Assembly: GCA_041752275.1 (NCBI GenBank)
Contig: JBGSHK010000015.1
Span: 641-64,640, forward strand
Direction of reading: 5' to 3'
Length of the DNA: 64,000 bases
From: Minisyncoccia bacterium
GTDB taxonomy: Bacteria; Patescibacteriota; Minisyncoccia; Phycocordibacterales; CAIZLB01
Positions 19,901-27,597 of the stretch are shown one piece after another (position 1 is the first letter of the stretch; each line of letters starts with the position of its first letter). The position numbers and the translations under genes were made by a program. Under the pieces are notes generated by a model. That model was given only the letters and a program-made list of their open reading frames with translations. It was not told the DNA's origin and did no database searches.

Positions 19901-20275
19901 ACATCTCTCAATACCGTTTATGATAAAAGTTCCATGCTCTGTCATCATAGGAACTTCTGACATAAAAATCTCCTGTTCTTTTTCTGAACCTGTAATATGA
20001 TTTATAAGTTTAATAGTCGCCTTTATTGTAGCCTCATAATTAACTTTGTTTTCCTTTGCATAAAATTCATCGTATTTTGGACGATCTAATTTTATACCTT
20101 CAAATCGGAATTCAAATTTTTTCTCTGTATAATCTTTTGTTACAGAGAATTCATTAAATACTTCATTTAAACCTTTTTCTAAAAACCATTTGTAAGAGTT
20201 TATTTGCCCTTCAACCAAGTTAGGAAGTGGAACTAAAGATTCACGAAAACGTGAAAAATGTTTTTTTGTTAACAT
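16985..20275 (-). CDS. rpoB: DNA-directed RNA polymerase subunit beta
   Basis: 1096 aa with conserved beta-subunit regions, immediately upstream of rpoC. Confidence 0.95.
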   Translation of the reverse strand: MLTKKHFSRFRESLVPLPNLVEGQINSYKWFLEKGLNEVFNEFSVTKDYTEKKFEFRFEGIKLDRPKYDEFYAKENKVNYEATIKATIKLINHITGSEKEQEIFMSEVPMMTEHGTFIINGIERCIVPQLARSFGAFFTSDEHKGKNYIGVKIIPARGSWIEINTDTDTCVYVKIDKKRKFPVTTLLRALGVETDSEIKALFGDDANLKSYIEHTLAKDHTKTRDEAVVEIYKKMRDGELATAQNAKDFVENMFKAERYDFSRVGRFRFNSRFGKSMDEKELSRNTLNIDDFVTLISNICNMTNIPESEADDVDHLGSRRVRFVGEQLQQKVRLGLLQIKKNVQNRMSTIESDTSQPMQLISPRPLQARIKEYFSTNPLSQFMNQENVLSELEHLRILTALGQGGLSSDRAGVEVRDVHSSHYGRVCPIHTPEGANIGLVLHLAAYARVNGFGMIETPYAKVVKGKITKEIVYLDALQEEGFKIAHAAVNYDKDGQIADEMVEVRIKGNPTIVDKKDVDLIDIASGQPFSIATSMIPFVNHNDANRSLMGSGMQKQATPCIVPEAPFVATGIEETAARDTGRVIIAPEDGEITAVDAASITIKGKRETTYKLAVFNKTNQFTAFHQRPIVNLGQKVKRGDVLADTSTSVEGQIAIGQNVLIAFLTWSGSNYEDAIIISENLVKKSKFTSIHIEEFVINVRDTKIGPEITTHDIPNVAEGKLKDLDAEGIVRIGAEVRPGDILVGKITPKTETQLTPEERLLRSIFGDRARDVKDTSKRLENGKRGRVIGVKIFSRERGDKLESGILKRIYVEVALLRNISVGDKLAGRHGNKGVISRVLPVEDMPYMADGTPVDMILTPLGVPSRMNLGQILELHLGLAASKLGYQAIVPAFMGPTPDEVQDELEAAGYNRSGKMKLFDGRTGEKFEQDVSVGYMYMLKLHHMVEDKVHARSTGPYSLITQQPLGGKAQGGGQRFGEMEVWALAGYGASYTLREMLTIKSDDILGRSATYDAIVKGERISDPNTPASFNVLLSNLRGLCIDVGFDNHDGKEIDVGLDTGHVGNHSENKSYGEEEYGIDADDEDSFSEIEEVVSKEE

Positions 20276-20433
20276 TATTGTTGTATTTTAAGTTAGAGAA
20301 ATAATAAAAAAGGCGAAAAAGTCTAGGGTTACTCAATCGGTTTTACGCTAGGGCTAGCATATCATATTTTTCATTGCTGTGCAAGGTTGATTTTAGGGTT
20401 TGGTGGTGGTTGGGTGGTGCGGAGAGTTGACGG

Positions 20434-20742
20434 GTGGATAAAGTATGTTATTGTAGTAATCAGCACTTTGATGCTTTTAACAACTCAAACCAACCTACTA
20501 TCATGGCCTTACCAACTGATGTCCTGAAACAGGACGAAGAAAACGAAGACAATATTGCATGGCTCGTACGTTTACATAAAATTGCGGTCGACCCTGCAAC
20601 TGATCCGAAAATTCGAGAAAAAACCGTCGCTATTCTCCTTACGGAAATGCCCGGTATTCTAAGTGAAGCCTGTTCAGGAAGACTGTCAGAAGAAGAACAT
20701 GATTGGGAAGAATACGGCGGACCAAGATTGGAAGGAATGTAG
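20434..20742 (+). CDS. Small acidic hypothetical protein on a compositionally atypical (~45% GC) segment
   Basis: 102-aa ORF followed by a strong intrinsic terminator. Unknown family; the coding call is tentative. Confidence 0.3.
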   Translation: MDKVCYCSNQHFDAFNNSNQPTIMALPTDVLKQDEENEDNIAWLVRLHKIAVDPATDPKIREKTVAILLTEMPGILSEACSGRLSEEEHDWEEYGGPRLEGM

Positions 20743-20765
20743 AAACTTTCCATCAAACAGCGCGA

Positions 20766-20794
20766 GGACCAGTCATGGTCCGAGCGTTTTTTTT
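20766..20794. terminator. Hairpin GGACCA-GUCA-UGGUCC with an extended stem and a T8 run; bidirectional terminator between the small + ORF and the MYG1 gene
   Basis: Perfect 6-bp stem plus flanking GC pairs, T-run 20787-20794. Confidence 0.6.
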
Positions 20795-21725
20795 ATTTAA
20801 CACTTTCCATCCCCAACCTTACCATCTCCAACAACCCCTCCTTTGTCTCATTTACACACAAAAAACCCGACTTGTGGCAAAACTTCGCACCTTTCACACC
20901 ACAAGCATTTTCAAGTTCTGTATCCACCAAACCTCTCCATGATTCTGGAAAATAAAATCTTGCATCATACAAATCCTCACCTGTTTGAACATTTTTAGCC
21001 GACCATCCCCCACGAAGGTCTGGGTACATAACAACTAGAGGCTCAGGAAATTTATTAAAATTAAAACTGTAAAATCTGTCGCAGATTATCACCCTTTTAT
21101 CCTTTGCTTTATTGTAGGCTTTTATAGCAAAAGATTTTTCTTTTTGCATATGATATGCATACTGTATTATATTTTCTATTATAGGCTCTGAAAATTTTAC
21201 TAATTCAAAAAACTTTTTATCAATCAATTTCATATCATTTACTCCTGATGCAAATTTACACATTTGAAAATAATTATCTATTGTTGCAATATCTATATCT
21301 TTAAAAACTTGTTTGTAAGTTAACATTCCATTATCCATAGCATCTATATGCTGAACCAGTTTTTTCTCAACAATATCAAAAATCTCAGTAATAACTTTTT
21401 TATTTTTATCACCAGAAATAATAGAAATGAGATCGGGACCAAAATGTTTAAACACTAAACCAAAGGCTGCATAAGGAATACCGTTTGGGCGCATTAATTT
21501 TTCATCATTTTGATGATGGTCAAATCTCAAATTTTTAGGGTTATATATACCACCTATATCATAAACAATATCAGCTTTTTCTATGTCTTCTGTTTTTATA
21601 CTTCTTTTGTGTTTAAGTTTTGTTTTTGGTTCTTTCTTTTTAAAATAAATATTCAACAGCGCGGTAGAAAAAATATCATCAGCATGAAATTGACCTGAAT
21701 GAGTTAAAAGTTGCAATGTTTTCAT
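20793..21725 (-). CDS. MYG1/UPF0160-family metal-dependent hydrolase
   Basis: N-terminal HSGQFHADD signature. Confidence 0.65.
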   Translation of the reverse strand: MKTLQLLTHSGQFHADDIFSTALLNIYFKKKEPKTKLKHKRSIKTEDIEKADIVYDIGGIYNPKNLRFDHHQNDEKLMRPNGIPYAAFGLVFKHFGPDLISIISGDKNKKVITEIFDIVEKKLVQHIDAMDNGMLTYKQVFKDIDIATIDNYFQMCKFASGVNDMKLIDKKFFELVKFSEPIIENIIQYAYHMQKEKSFAIKAYNKAKDKRVIICDRFYSFNFNKFPEPLVVMYPDLRGGWSAKNVQTGEDLYDARFYFPESWRGLVDTELENACGVKGAKFCHKSGFLCVNETKEGLLEMVRLGMESVK

Positions 21726-21746
21726 TTTATAAATAAATTATTTTTA

Positions 21747-22778
21747 TTATGCTAAGTTTTTATCTTCATTCCATACTTTTATAATAGATACAAAAAGACT
21801 CAATATTAGAGGACCGAATAATAATCCTTCAGGGCCAAAAATTATTATACCGCCAATAATAGATAATAATATGAATAATTCATGTATATTTATACCTTTA
21901 TTCATAACTTTTGGACCTATAAAATTATCAACTAAACCAATAGCTAAAACTCCCCACAATATTTGATATAGCCATACAAAACTATTAGGCTGTGTGAAGA
22001 ACAAATAAATAGCAGCTGGAAACCATACTATAGAAGGCCCTACACCAGGAATAAGTGCAAGAAAACCAGCCAAAGTACCGAAGAAAAAAGGATTTGGAAC
22101 ACCAAAAACCCAAAAACCTAAACCCGTAAAAACACCTTGAACGACAGATATTGTTAGAGACCCTATAACAACAGAATTTATAGAATTTTTTATTGATAAA
22201 AATATTTTATTATTACTTTCTATTTTCAATGGACTTATTATAGAATATAACTCTTTAAATTTTTTACCATCTTTAAGGAAATAAAACATAGCCAAAAGAA
22301 ATAAAAATATTTTTAAAACAACTTCTACAGTTCCTGAAAATAAACCTCCTATATTATTTATAAAAAAACTAGATACAGATTCTGCTATTTTTGTAAAATT
22401 AATATCTATACTTGGTGATATCTCTTTTGCAAAAACAGAAACCCTTTCACTTACAAAATCAAAATTTATAGCGCCAGAAGCAATTTTCAAATATACTGAC
22501 TGAGTATCTATGGCAACTTTACTTAAAATAGCAACTATAGGAGTAACTATAATCAATATAAAAATAATCATTGTTAAAAAAGCAGCTAAGCTATTTGACA
22601 GCTTATTTAAAAATTTAGTTTTTAAAAAATAATTTTCAATTTTTCTATATAAAGGTGTCATAAGTACTGTAAATATATATGCAAGCACAAGAACACCTAT
22701 AAAGTTTGAAAGTATTAATAAAGTAAGTACGCCGGTAATTACTATTAATATAGAGAAATATATATTTTGTTTATTCAT
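21747..22778 (-). CDS. AI-2E family transporter (PerM/UPF0118-like permease)
   Basis: 343 aa, ~8 TM helices, GFLALIPGVGP-type motif. Confidence 0.6.
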   Translation of the reverse strand: MNKQNIYFSILIVITGVLTLLILSNFIGVLVLAYIFTVLMTPLYRKIENYFLKTKFLNKLSNSLAAFLTMIIFILIIVTPIVAILSKVAIDTQSVYLKIASGAINFDFVSERVSVFAKEISPSIDINFTKIAESVSSFFINNIGGLFSGTVEVVLKIFLFLLAMFYFLKDGKKFKELYSIISPLKIESNNKIFLSIKNSINSVVIGSLTISVVQGVFTGLGFWVFGVPNPFFFGTLAGFLALIPGVGPSIVWFPAAIYLFFTQPNSFVWLYQILWGVLAIGLVDNFIGPKVMNKGINIHELFILLSIIGGIIIFGPEGLLFGPLILSLFVSIIKVWNEDKNLA

Positions 22779-22785
22779 ATCACAA

Positions 22786-22814
22786 TTGTAACATAAAAAT
22801 TAATAGACTATAAT
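22786..22814 (+). promoter_or_regulatory. Sigma70-type promoter TTGTAA-17-TATAAT ending 6 nt before the mutM ATG (leaderless-type)
   Basis: -10 TATAAT at 22809-22814, ATG at 22821, no Shine-Dalgarno sequence. Confidence 0.45.
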
Positions 22815-22820
22815 TGGATC

Positions 22821-23723
22821 ATGCCAGAACTCCCCGAGGTACAAACAACAGTTGATGGTATAAATACCGTCGCAAAAAACAAGACCATAATCGACATTTG
22901 GACAGACTTTAAAAGTGAAGCCTCCATGTTTTCGAGTACAATAAAAAATCCTGAGTATTTTAAAAGATTTAAAAAAGCTATAAAAGGTGCAAAAATAATA
23001 AAAGCTGAGAGACGTGCTAAAAATGTTTTAATACATCTAGACAATGAAGAAACAATTCTGATACATATGAAAATGACAGGACATATCATGTATGGACAAT
23101 ATGTTTATGATAAAAAGAAAAACTCCTGGATACCCAAATCAGGGCAAACCTCACTTGAAGATCCATATAACAGATTTGTGCACTTAGTTTTTACACTTGA
23201 TAACGGTAAGCACCTCGTTTTATCAGATACAAGAAAGTTTGCTAAAGTTATAATACTAGATGATGAAACTCATAAAGAATTAAAACTACTCGGACCTGAA
23301 CCTCTGAGTACGGATTTCACTTATGATGTTTTTTTGAAAAATATAAACACATGGCAAAATAAATATATAAAAACTGCTTTGATGGATACAAGGTTGATAG
23401 CTGGTATTGGAAATATTTATTCTGATGAAATACTACATGTAGCAAAAGTTTTGCCAGAGAGAAAAGTGTCTTCTTTATCACCTGTTGATTTTAAGAATAT
23501 TTATAAAAATATAAAACCCTTGCTTTTAAAAGGTATTGATTTTGGTGGTGATTCTATGAGTGATTATAGAAATATACATGGCGAAAAAGGTCGCTTTCAA
23601 GGTAATCATAAAGTGTATAGAAGAAAAGGTTTAGGTTGTACAGGTCGAGGGTGCATAGGCATTATAGAGCGTACTGTTGTAAATGGGAGAAGTGCTCACT
23701 TTTGTAGAATATGTCAGAAATAA
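22821..23723 (+). CDS. mutM: Formamidopyrimidine-DNA glycosylase
   Basis: N-terminal MPELPEV (catalytic Pro2), H2TH region and C-terminal zinc finger CxxC...CRICQK. Confidence 0.85.
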   Translation: MPELPEVQTTVDGINTVAKNKTIIDIWTDFKSEASMFSSTIKNPEYFKRFKKAIKGAKIIKAERRAKNVLIHLDNEETILIHMKMTGHIMYGQYVYDKKKNSWIPKSGQTSLEDPYNRFVHLVFTLDNGKHLVLSDTRKFAKVIILDDETHKELKLLGPEPLSTDFTYDVFLKNINTWQNKYIKTALMDTRLIAGIGNIYSDEILHVAKVLPERKVSSLSPVDFKNIYKNIKPLLLKGIDFGGDSMSDYRNIHGEKGRFQGNHKVYRRKGLGCTGRGCIGIIERTVVNGRSAHFCRICQK

Positions 23724-23779
23724 GGGTTTTTACCTTAAAAACTTGACTTTTACTGTGATTATGCTATGATATATGTGTT

Positions 23780-24010
23780 ATGAACCAAAAACTATTAGTA
23801 TCATTAATGGTCGCCACGTTATCAGCTTTGGCATTTGTATTTACCCTTATATTTGTAGTAGAAACAGTACCACTCACTCCGGAAATAACCTATAAGGTAT
23901 TGAGTATACTTCTACTAAGTGTACTAGCTCTGATTATCTCCATAGGTTACATACTTAAATCTTGGGAAGGAATCTGGTTTAAAATAATCACCTCCCGCAA
24001 AAAATCCTAA
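23780..24010 (+). CDS. Small two-TM membrane protein, hypothetical
   Basis: 76-aa hydrophobic ORF. Confidence 0.35.
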   Translation: MNQKLLVSLMVATLSALAFVFTLIFVVETVPLTPEITYKVLSILLLSVLALIISIGYILKSWEGIWFKIITSRKKS

Positions 24011-24024
24011 CCACCAATAGGAAA

Positions 24025-24120
24025 GAATTCAGTCGACACTCCTCCCCCTAATCGACTGAATTCTAAAAACACCCAGTCCCCTAGACTATACACAAATAGT
24101 CTGGGGGTCATTTTTATTTT
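24025..24120. terminator. Two tandem hairpins between convergent genes, flanked by A/T runs on both sides (bidirectional terminator). The first is a perfect 12-bp inverted repeat GAATTCAGTCGA...TCGACTGAATTC.
   Basis: IR at 24025-24036 / 24052-24063. Second hairpin CCCCTAGACTA/TAGTCTGGGGG followed by a T-run at 24110-24120. Confidence 0.55.
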
Positions 24121-24703
24121 ACAACCCGTATATAATACTCTCATTCGCCAAAACATAATCCGCGATTTCACTTTCAGTAAACCAAAGATTTATTTCGTTC
24201 ACAGCCTCATCAACAGTACCAGATGCATGTATAAGATTTCTAACGCAACGCTCATCAGCCATTGCCATGGGGTAAGAATCTAAAACAAAATCCCCTCTTA
24301 TGGTTCCAACATCTGACATCACAGGCTCAGTAGTTCCAACTATTTTTCTAACAACAGAAACAGCGTGTCCACCTTGCAAAACCATAGGTATGATTGGACC
24401 TGAAGTAAGATATTTTGAAAGCCTGTCTATAACAGACTCTGCTATAACCATAGGGTCCAGGCTTACTGGCTCTATACCTTTATCAAGCAAACCTTTTATA
24501 CTTTTCTCACCAACAAGTCTCATCCACTCGGGATCTAAAGTATAATGTTTTTTCACCATAGCTTCATTGGCTTTTATCATTTTCATGGCAACAAGTTTCA
24601 AGCCAGCTCTTTCAAAACGAGAAATAATCTCACCTATAAGGTTTCTTTGTACTCCATCAGGTTTTATAATTATTAATGTTTTTTCATGTTTTGGATGTGT
24701 CAT
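24119..24703 (-). CDS. ndk: Nucleoside diphosphate kinase (with insertion)
   Basis: N-terminal EKTLIIIKPDGVQRNLIGEIISRFE NDK signature. Confidence 0.8.
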   Translation of the reverse strand: MTHPKHEKTLIIIKPDGVQRNLIGEIISRFERAGLKLVAMKMIKANEAMVKKHYTLDPEWMRLVGEKSIKGLLDKGIEPVSLDPMVIAESVIDRLSKYLTSGPIIPMVLQGGHAVSVVRKIVGTTEPVMSDVGTIRGDFVLDSYPMAMADERCVRNLIHASGTVDEAVNEINLWFTESEIADYVLANESIIYGL

Positions 24704-24721
24704 GAGAGTATGATATCACAA

Positions 24722-25348
24722 CTATTGTATACCAACATAATCAGCCACTAAAACCCATCTATCAGAAGCTTTTCCGAAACTGTCACAAGTTGCCAGTGTC
24801 AATATAGGTGACTCACTTTTAAACTCTATCCATGTTGTATATTTACTCACACGTTCAACTTTTCTTGTTCTATATATATGTACCCCACTTTGTGTTTTTA
24901 CATATACAAGAGTTCCAGGTGGAACATTTTTTATATTGTTAAATATTTGATAAGCCTTATTTCTAACAACTTTAAAACTAGTACTATGACCAAAAACAAG
25001 AGTGTTGTTTGACCCTGGATAACCTGACCCTGGATAATACACAGCACCGCGCCCTAAAGCTGCATCTAAAACTTCAACTTGTACACTTCTCGGTGACTCT
25101 ATGTTTGCAACAACATTGTATCCTGGTATCTCTAAAAACATAGGGGCTTCAGCTTTTACAGTAGGTGTTTTTACTGCAGCAGGGGCAACATCTTTTTTTA
25201 CTTGAACATCAACTTTATTTTCTGAGACCAAGTTAGTTTTGGTTATAAAACTAAAAAGAAAAGATATGAATAAGAAAAATACTACAATAACAAGACCAAT
25301 CTTAGCCATCTGTTTAGCTACATCTATTTCTGTTCTAGTGAATACCAT
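24722..25348 (-). CDS. Sortase (membrane-anchored transpeptidase)
   Basis: N-terminal TM helix and catalytic TLxTC motif (LTLATC). Confidence 0.7.
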   Translation of the reverse strand: MVFTRTEIDVAKQMAKIGLVIVVFFLFISFLFSFITKTNLVSENKVDVQVKKDVAPAAVKTPTVKAEAPMFLEIPGYNVVANIESPRSVQVEVLDAALGRGAVYYPGSGYPGSNNTLVFGHSTSFKVVRNKAYQIFNNIKNVPPGTLVYVKTQSGVHIYRTRKVERVSKYTTWIEFKSESPILTLATCDSFGKASDRWVLVADYVGIQ

Positions 25349-25436
25349 ATACGTGTTATTATAACATAAACCTTTCGCCCCGCATTCGCGGTGCGTTTCT
25401 ATATCCCTAACTCGCTGCGCTCGTAAGGGCTATATG

Positions 25437-26147
25437 TTACTTGATGAACAAGTTTTTAAGTGATTGAAAGAATCCTGTCTTTGTGTTTTCTACTACCTTA
25501 TCAAACTCTGGACGAATCTTTTCTTGTATACTGTCAGGCACTCCGGCGTCCTTTAGAACTTTTTTTGCTTCGTCTATTTTACCTTCTTTTTTAAGCTCAC
25601 GAGCTTGTTCAAAAGCTTTCTTTATTTCATCTTTTTTAAACTTTGTCTCTACTTTATTTATTTTTTTATCTATTTTAATAGGTGTATCAGGCAAGCCTGC
25701 ACTTTTTATAAGAGTCTTAGCTTCGTCTATTTTACCTTGTTTTATAAGATCTGATACTTGTTTAAGTGTTTCTTTTTGAGCATCATTTAAATCAGGTCTA
25801 TTGTTTATAAACTTTATTAATATAGGATTAACATTATTATCTTTCAGTAATTGTACAGCTTCAGAAGATTTATTTTGTTTAAATAAATCATATGCATTAA
25901 CTAATACAGAAAATTGTGTTTGGGTTACATCTTCGTTTATACCTAAACCTTTTAAAGTATTTACAAATAAATTGTAATCATTGTTTTTTAATGCATTTTC
26001 AATAGCTGTTTTGTTAGTTTCTATCAACTCATGATTTTTATTGACAAAATTTCTTTTAACAGAGTTTGCATATATGGTTGAACTATTAACCATAGCAGCA
26101 GCTATTATTATACTTAATAATATAATGTTTTTATTTATTGTTCTCAT
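25437..26147 (-). CDS. Secreted Lys-rich repeat protein, hypothetical
   Basis: Signal peptide; internal repeats (Q/E)GKIDEAK..L(K)(S/D)AG(L/V)PD. Confidence 0.45.
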   Translation of the reverse strand: MRTINKNIILLSIIIAAAMVNSSTIYANSVKRNFVNKNHELIETNKTAIENALKNNDYNLFVNTLKGLGINEDVTQTQFSVLVNAYDLFKQNKSSEAVQLLKDNNVNPILIKFINNRPDLNDAQKETLKQVSDLIKQGKIDEAKTLIKSAGLPDTPIKIDKKINKVETKFKKDEIKKAFEQARELKKEGKIDEAKKVLKDAGVPDSIQEKIRPEFDKVVENTKTGFFQSLKNLFIK

Positions 26148-26164
26148 AACTCTATATACGCAAT

Positions 26165-26926
26165 CTATTTACCTTTTATTACAAAATCACAAATATCTTT
26201 TATAAAAACAGTTTCTTTGTTGAAGTATATAACTGTTTTATGTTTTGAATTTGGTTTAAACCTTATTTTATCTATATTTAATGGCATTATTTGACATGCT
26301 GTAAAATTATTTTCATAATCATATTTACCAATAATAGATATCACTGCATTGTTTTTTATTGTATCAATGGAATTATCCAATACATAAGAAATATCAACAT
26401 TCCAAACTTCATCTTTTATATCTCTTAAAAGAATATACTGATCTTCAATAAATAAAACTTCACCGGAAAGTCTTCCTGCTTCGGGATTTGTCCAATTTAT
26501 TAATTTTTCATTTTCAAATCTTTCTATAAAATATGCTTTTCCTATAAACACCTTAGACAAGACAATACCTAAAGAAAAACTAATGAGTATACTTACTGCA
26601 CCTATAAAAACGACAGAGTGTCTATATCCTTTATTTGTTTTTTTAAATAAATAAAATACCAGTAGTAAACTTAAAATAAACAAACTAACCCAAATATAAG
26701 GAATATTATCCATTAAAAAAATGTTGTATGAACTTGCAAAATACTGCCAGTTATCAAAATCTATATACAAAGTTTTCAAAAAGAAGAATGCAAAAGCATA
26801 GGCGCCAAAAATAGTTGATATTGTCAACAAAAACCATATTGATATTTTTCGAAATAAAAATACACTCTTTGAGATTGGTTTCAAGTTTTCTGTTTTTATT
26901 TTTTGTATTATTTGATCATTATTCAT
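26165..26926 (-). CDS. Membrane protein downstream of the ECF sigma factor; putative anti-sigma factor
   Basis: 4 predicted TM helices; position immediately 3' of the sigma gene. Confidence 0.4.
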   Translation of the reverse strand: MNNDQIIQKIKTENLKPISKSVFLFRKISIWFLLTISTIFGAYAFAFFFLKTLYIDFDNWQYFASSYNIFLMDNIPYIWVSLFILSLLLVFYLFKKTNKGYRHSVVFIGAVSILISFSLGIVLSKVFIGKAYFIERFENEKLINWTNPEAGRLSGEVLFIEDQYILLRDIKDEVWNVDISYVLDNSIDTIKNNAVISIIGKYDYENNFTACQIMPLNIDKIRFKPNSKHKTVIYFNKETVFIKDICDFVIKGK

Positions 26927-26931
26927 ATTTT

Positions 26932-27498
26932 TTATTTTAAGATTTTTTCCTTTAAGAGTTTTTTTGCCCTATTGATTTTGACCCCTACACTACTCGTGGA
27001 TATCTTTAATATATCAGATATCTCTTCATAACTTTTATCTTCAAAAAATTTCAAGATTAATATTTCCTGATAATCATAAGGTAAGTTTTTAATCTCTTTT
27101 TTTATTAAATCTATATTTTCTTGATCATGTAAAGTTTGATCATCTATAACACTATTATCATCTTGTAATATATGTATAATTTTTGACTCATCATCATCTA
27201 AAGATATACTTATGTGTTTTTTATTTTTCCTATACCAATCTATGATGTGATTGTGGGTGATTCTATAAATCCAAGAAGAAAAAACTAAACTCTGATCATA
27301 ATCATTTATATTTCTATATACTTTTATAAAAACATCTTGCAATATGTCTTCAAGGTCATGTCTATCTACATTGGTACGTCTGTTTATGTATTTTTCTAGT
27401 TTTGTTCTATATCTATCTATTATATAGGAAAGAGCCTCTGGGTTTTGACGAACCAAAATAGCCAAATCATTATCAGTTTTATCTTTTATCTCTTGCAC
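26932..27498 (-). CDS. RNA polymerase sigma factor, ECF (sigma-70 regions 2 and 4)
   Basis: Region 2 DVFIKVYRN...WIYRITHNHIIDWYRK and region 4 HTH SYEEISDILKISTSSVGVKINRAKKLL. Confidence 0.8.
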   Translation of the reverse strand: MQEIKDKTDNDLAILVRQNPEALSYIIDRYRTKLEKYINRRTNVDRHDLEDILQDVFIKVYRNINDYDQSLVFSSWIYRITHNHIIDWYRKNKKHISISLDDDESKIIHILQDDNSVIDDQTLHDQENIDLIKKEIKNLPYDYQEILILKFFEDKSYEEISDILKISTSSVGVKINRAKKLLKEKILK

Positions 27499-27559
27499 TA
27501 TTACATTATATACGATTTTCGGGTGGATTTATTACAGCTCTTTAAAACCTTATCAGTAC

Positions 27560-27588
27560 TTGACAAACTTATCTTATTCATATATAGT
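27560..27588 (+). promoter_or_regulatory. Promoter TTGACA-17-TATAGT, 10 nt upstream of ATG 27598 (leaderless-type)
   Basis: Perfect -35 at 27560-27565, -10 at 27583-27588. Confidence 0.5.
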
Positions 27589-27597
27589 ATATACATT

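Noticed and set aside
13205-20275. Alternative genetic code (UGA as Gly or Trp, as in some candidate phyla) to explain the in-frame TGA at 47986
   Set aside because: rpoB, rpoC, gyrB, pyrG and all other long genes are intact under the standard code with TGA, TAG and TAA used as terminators. Any recoding would have to be gene-specific or inherited from a donor.
20460-20756. 98-aa minus-strand ORF
   Set aside because: Antisense to the + strand 102-aa ORF, with a Ser-rich low-complexity translation. Only the + strand ORF is followed by a correctly oriented terminator.
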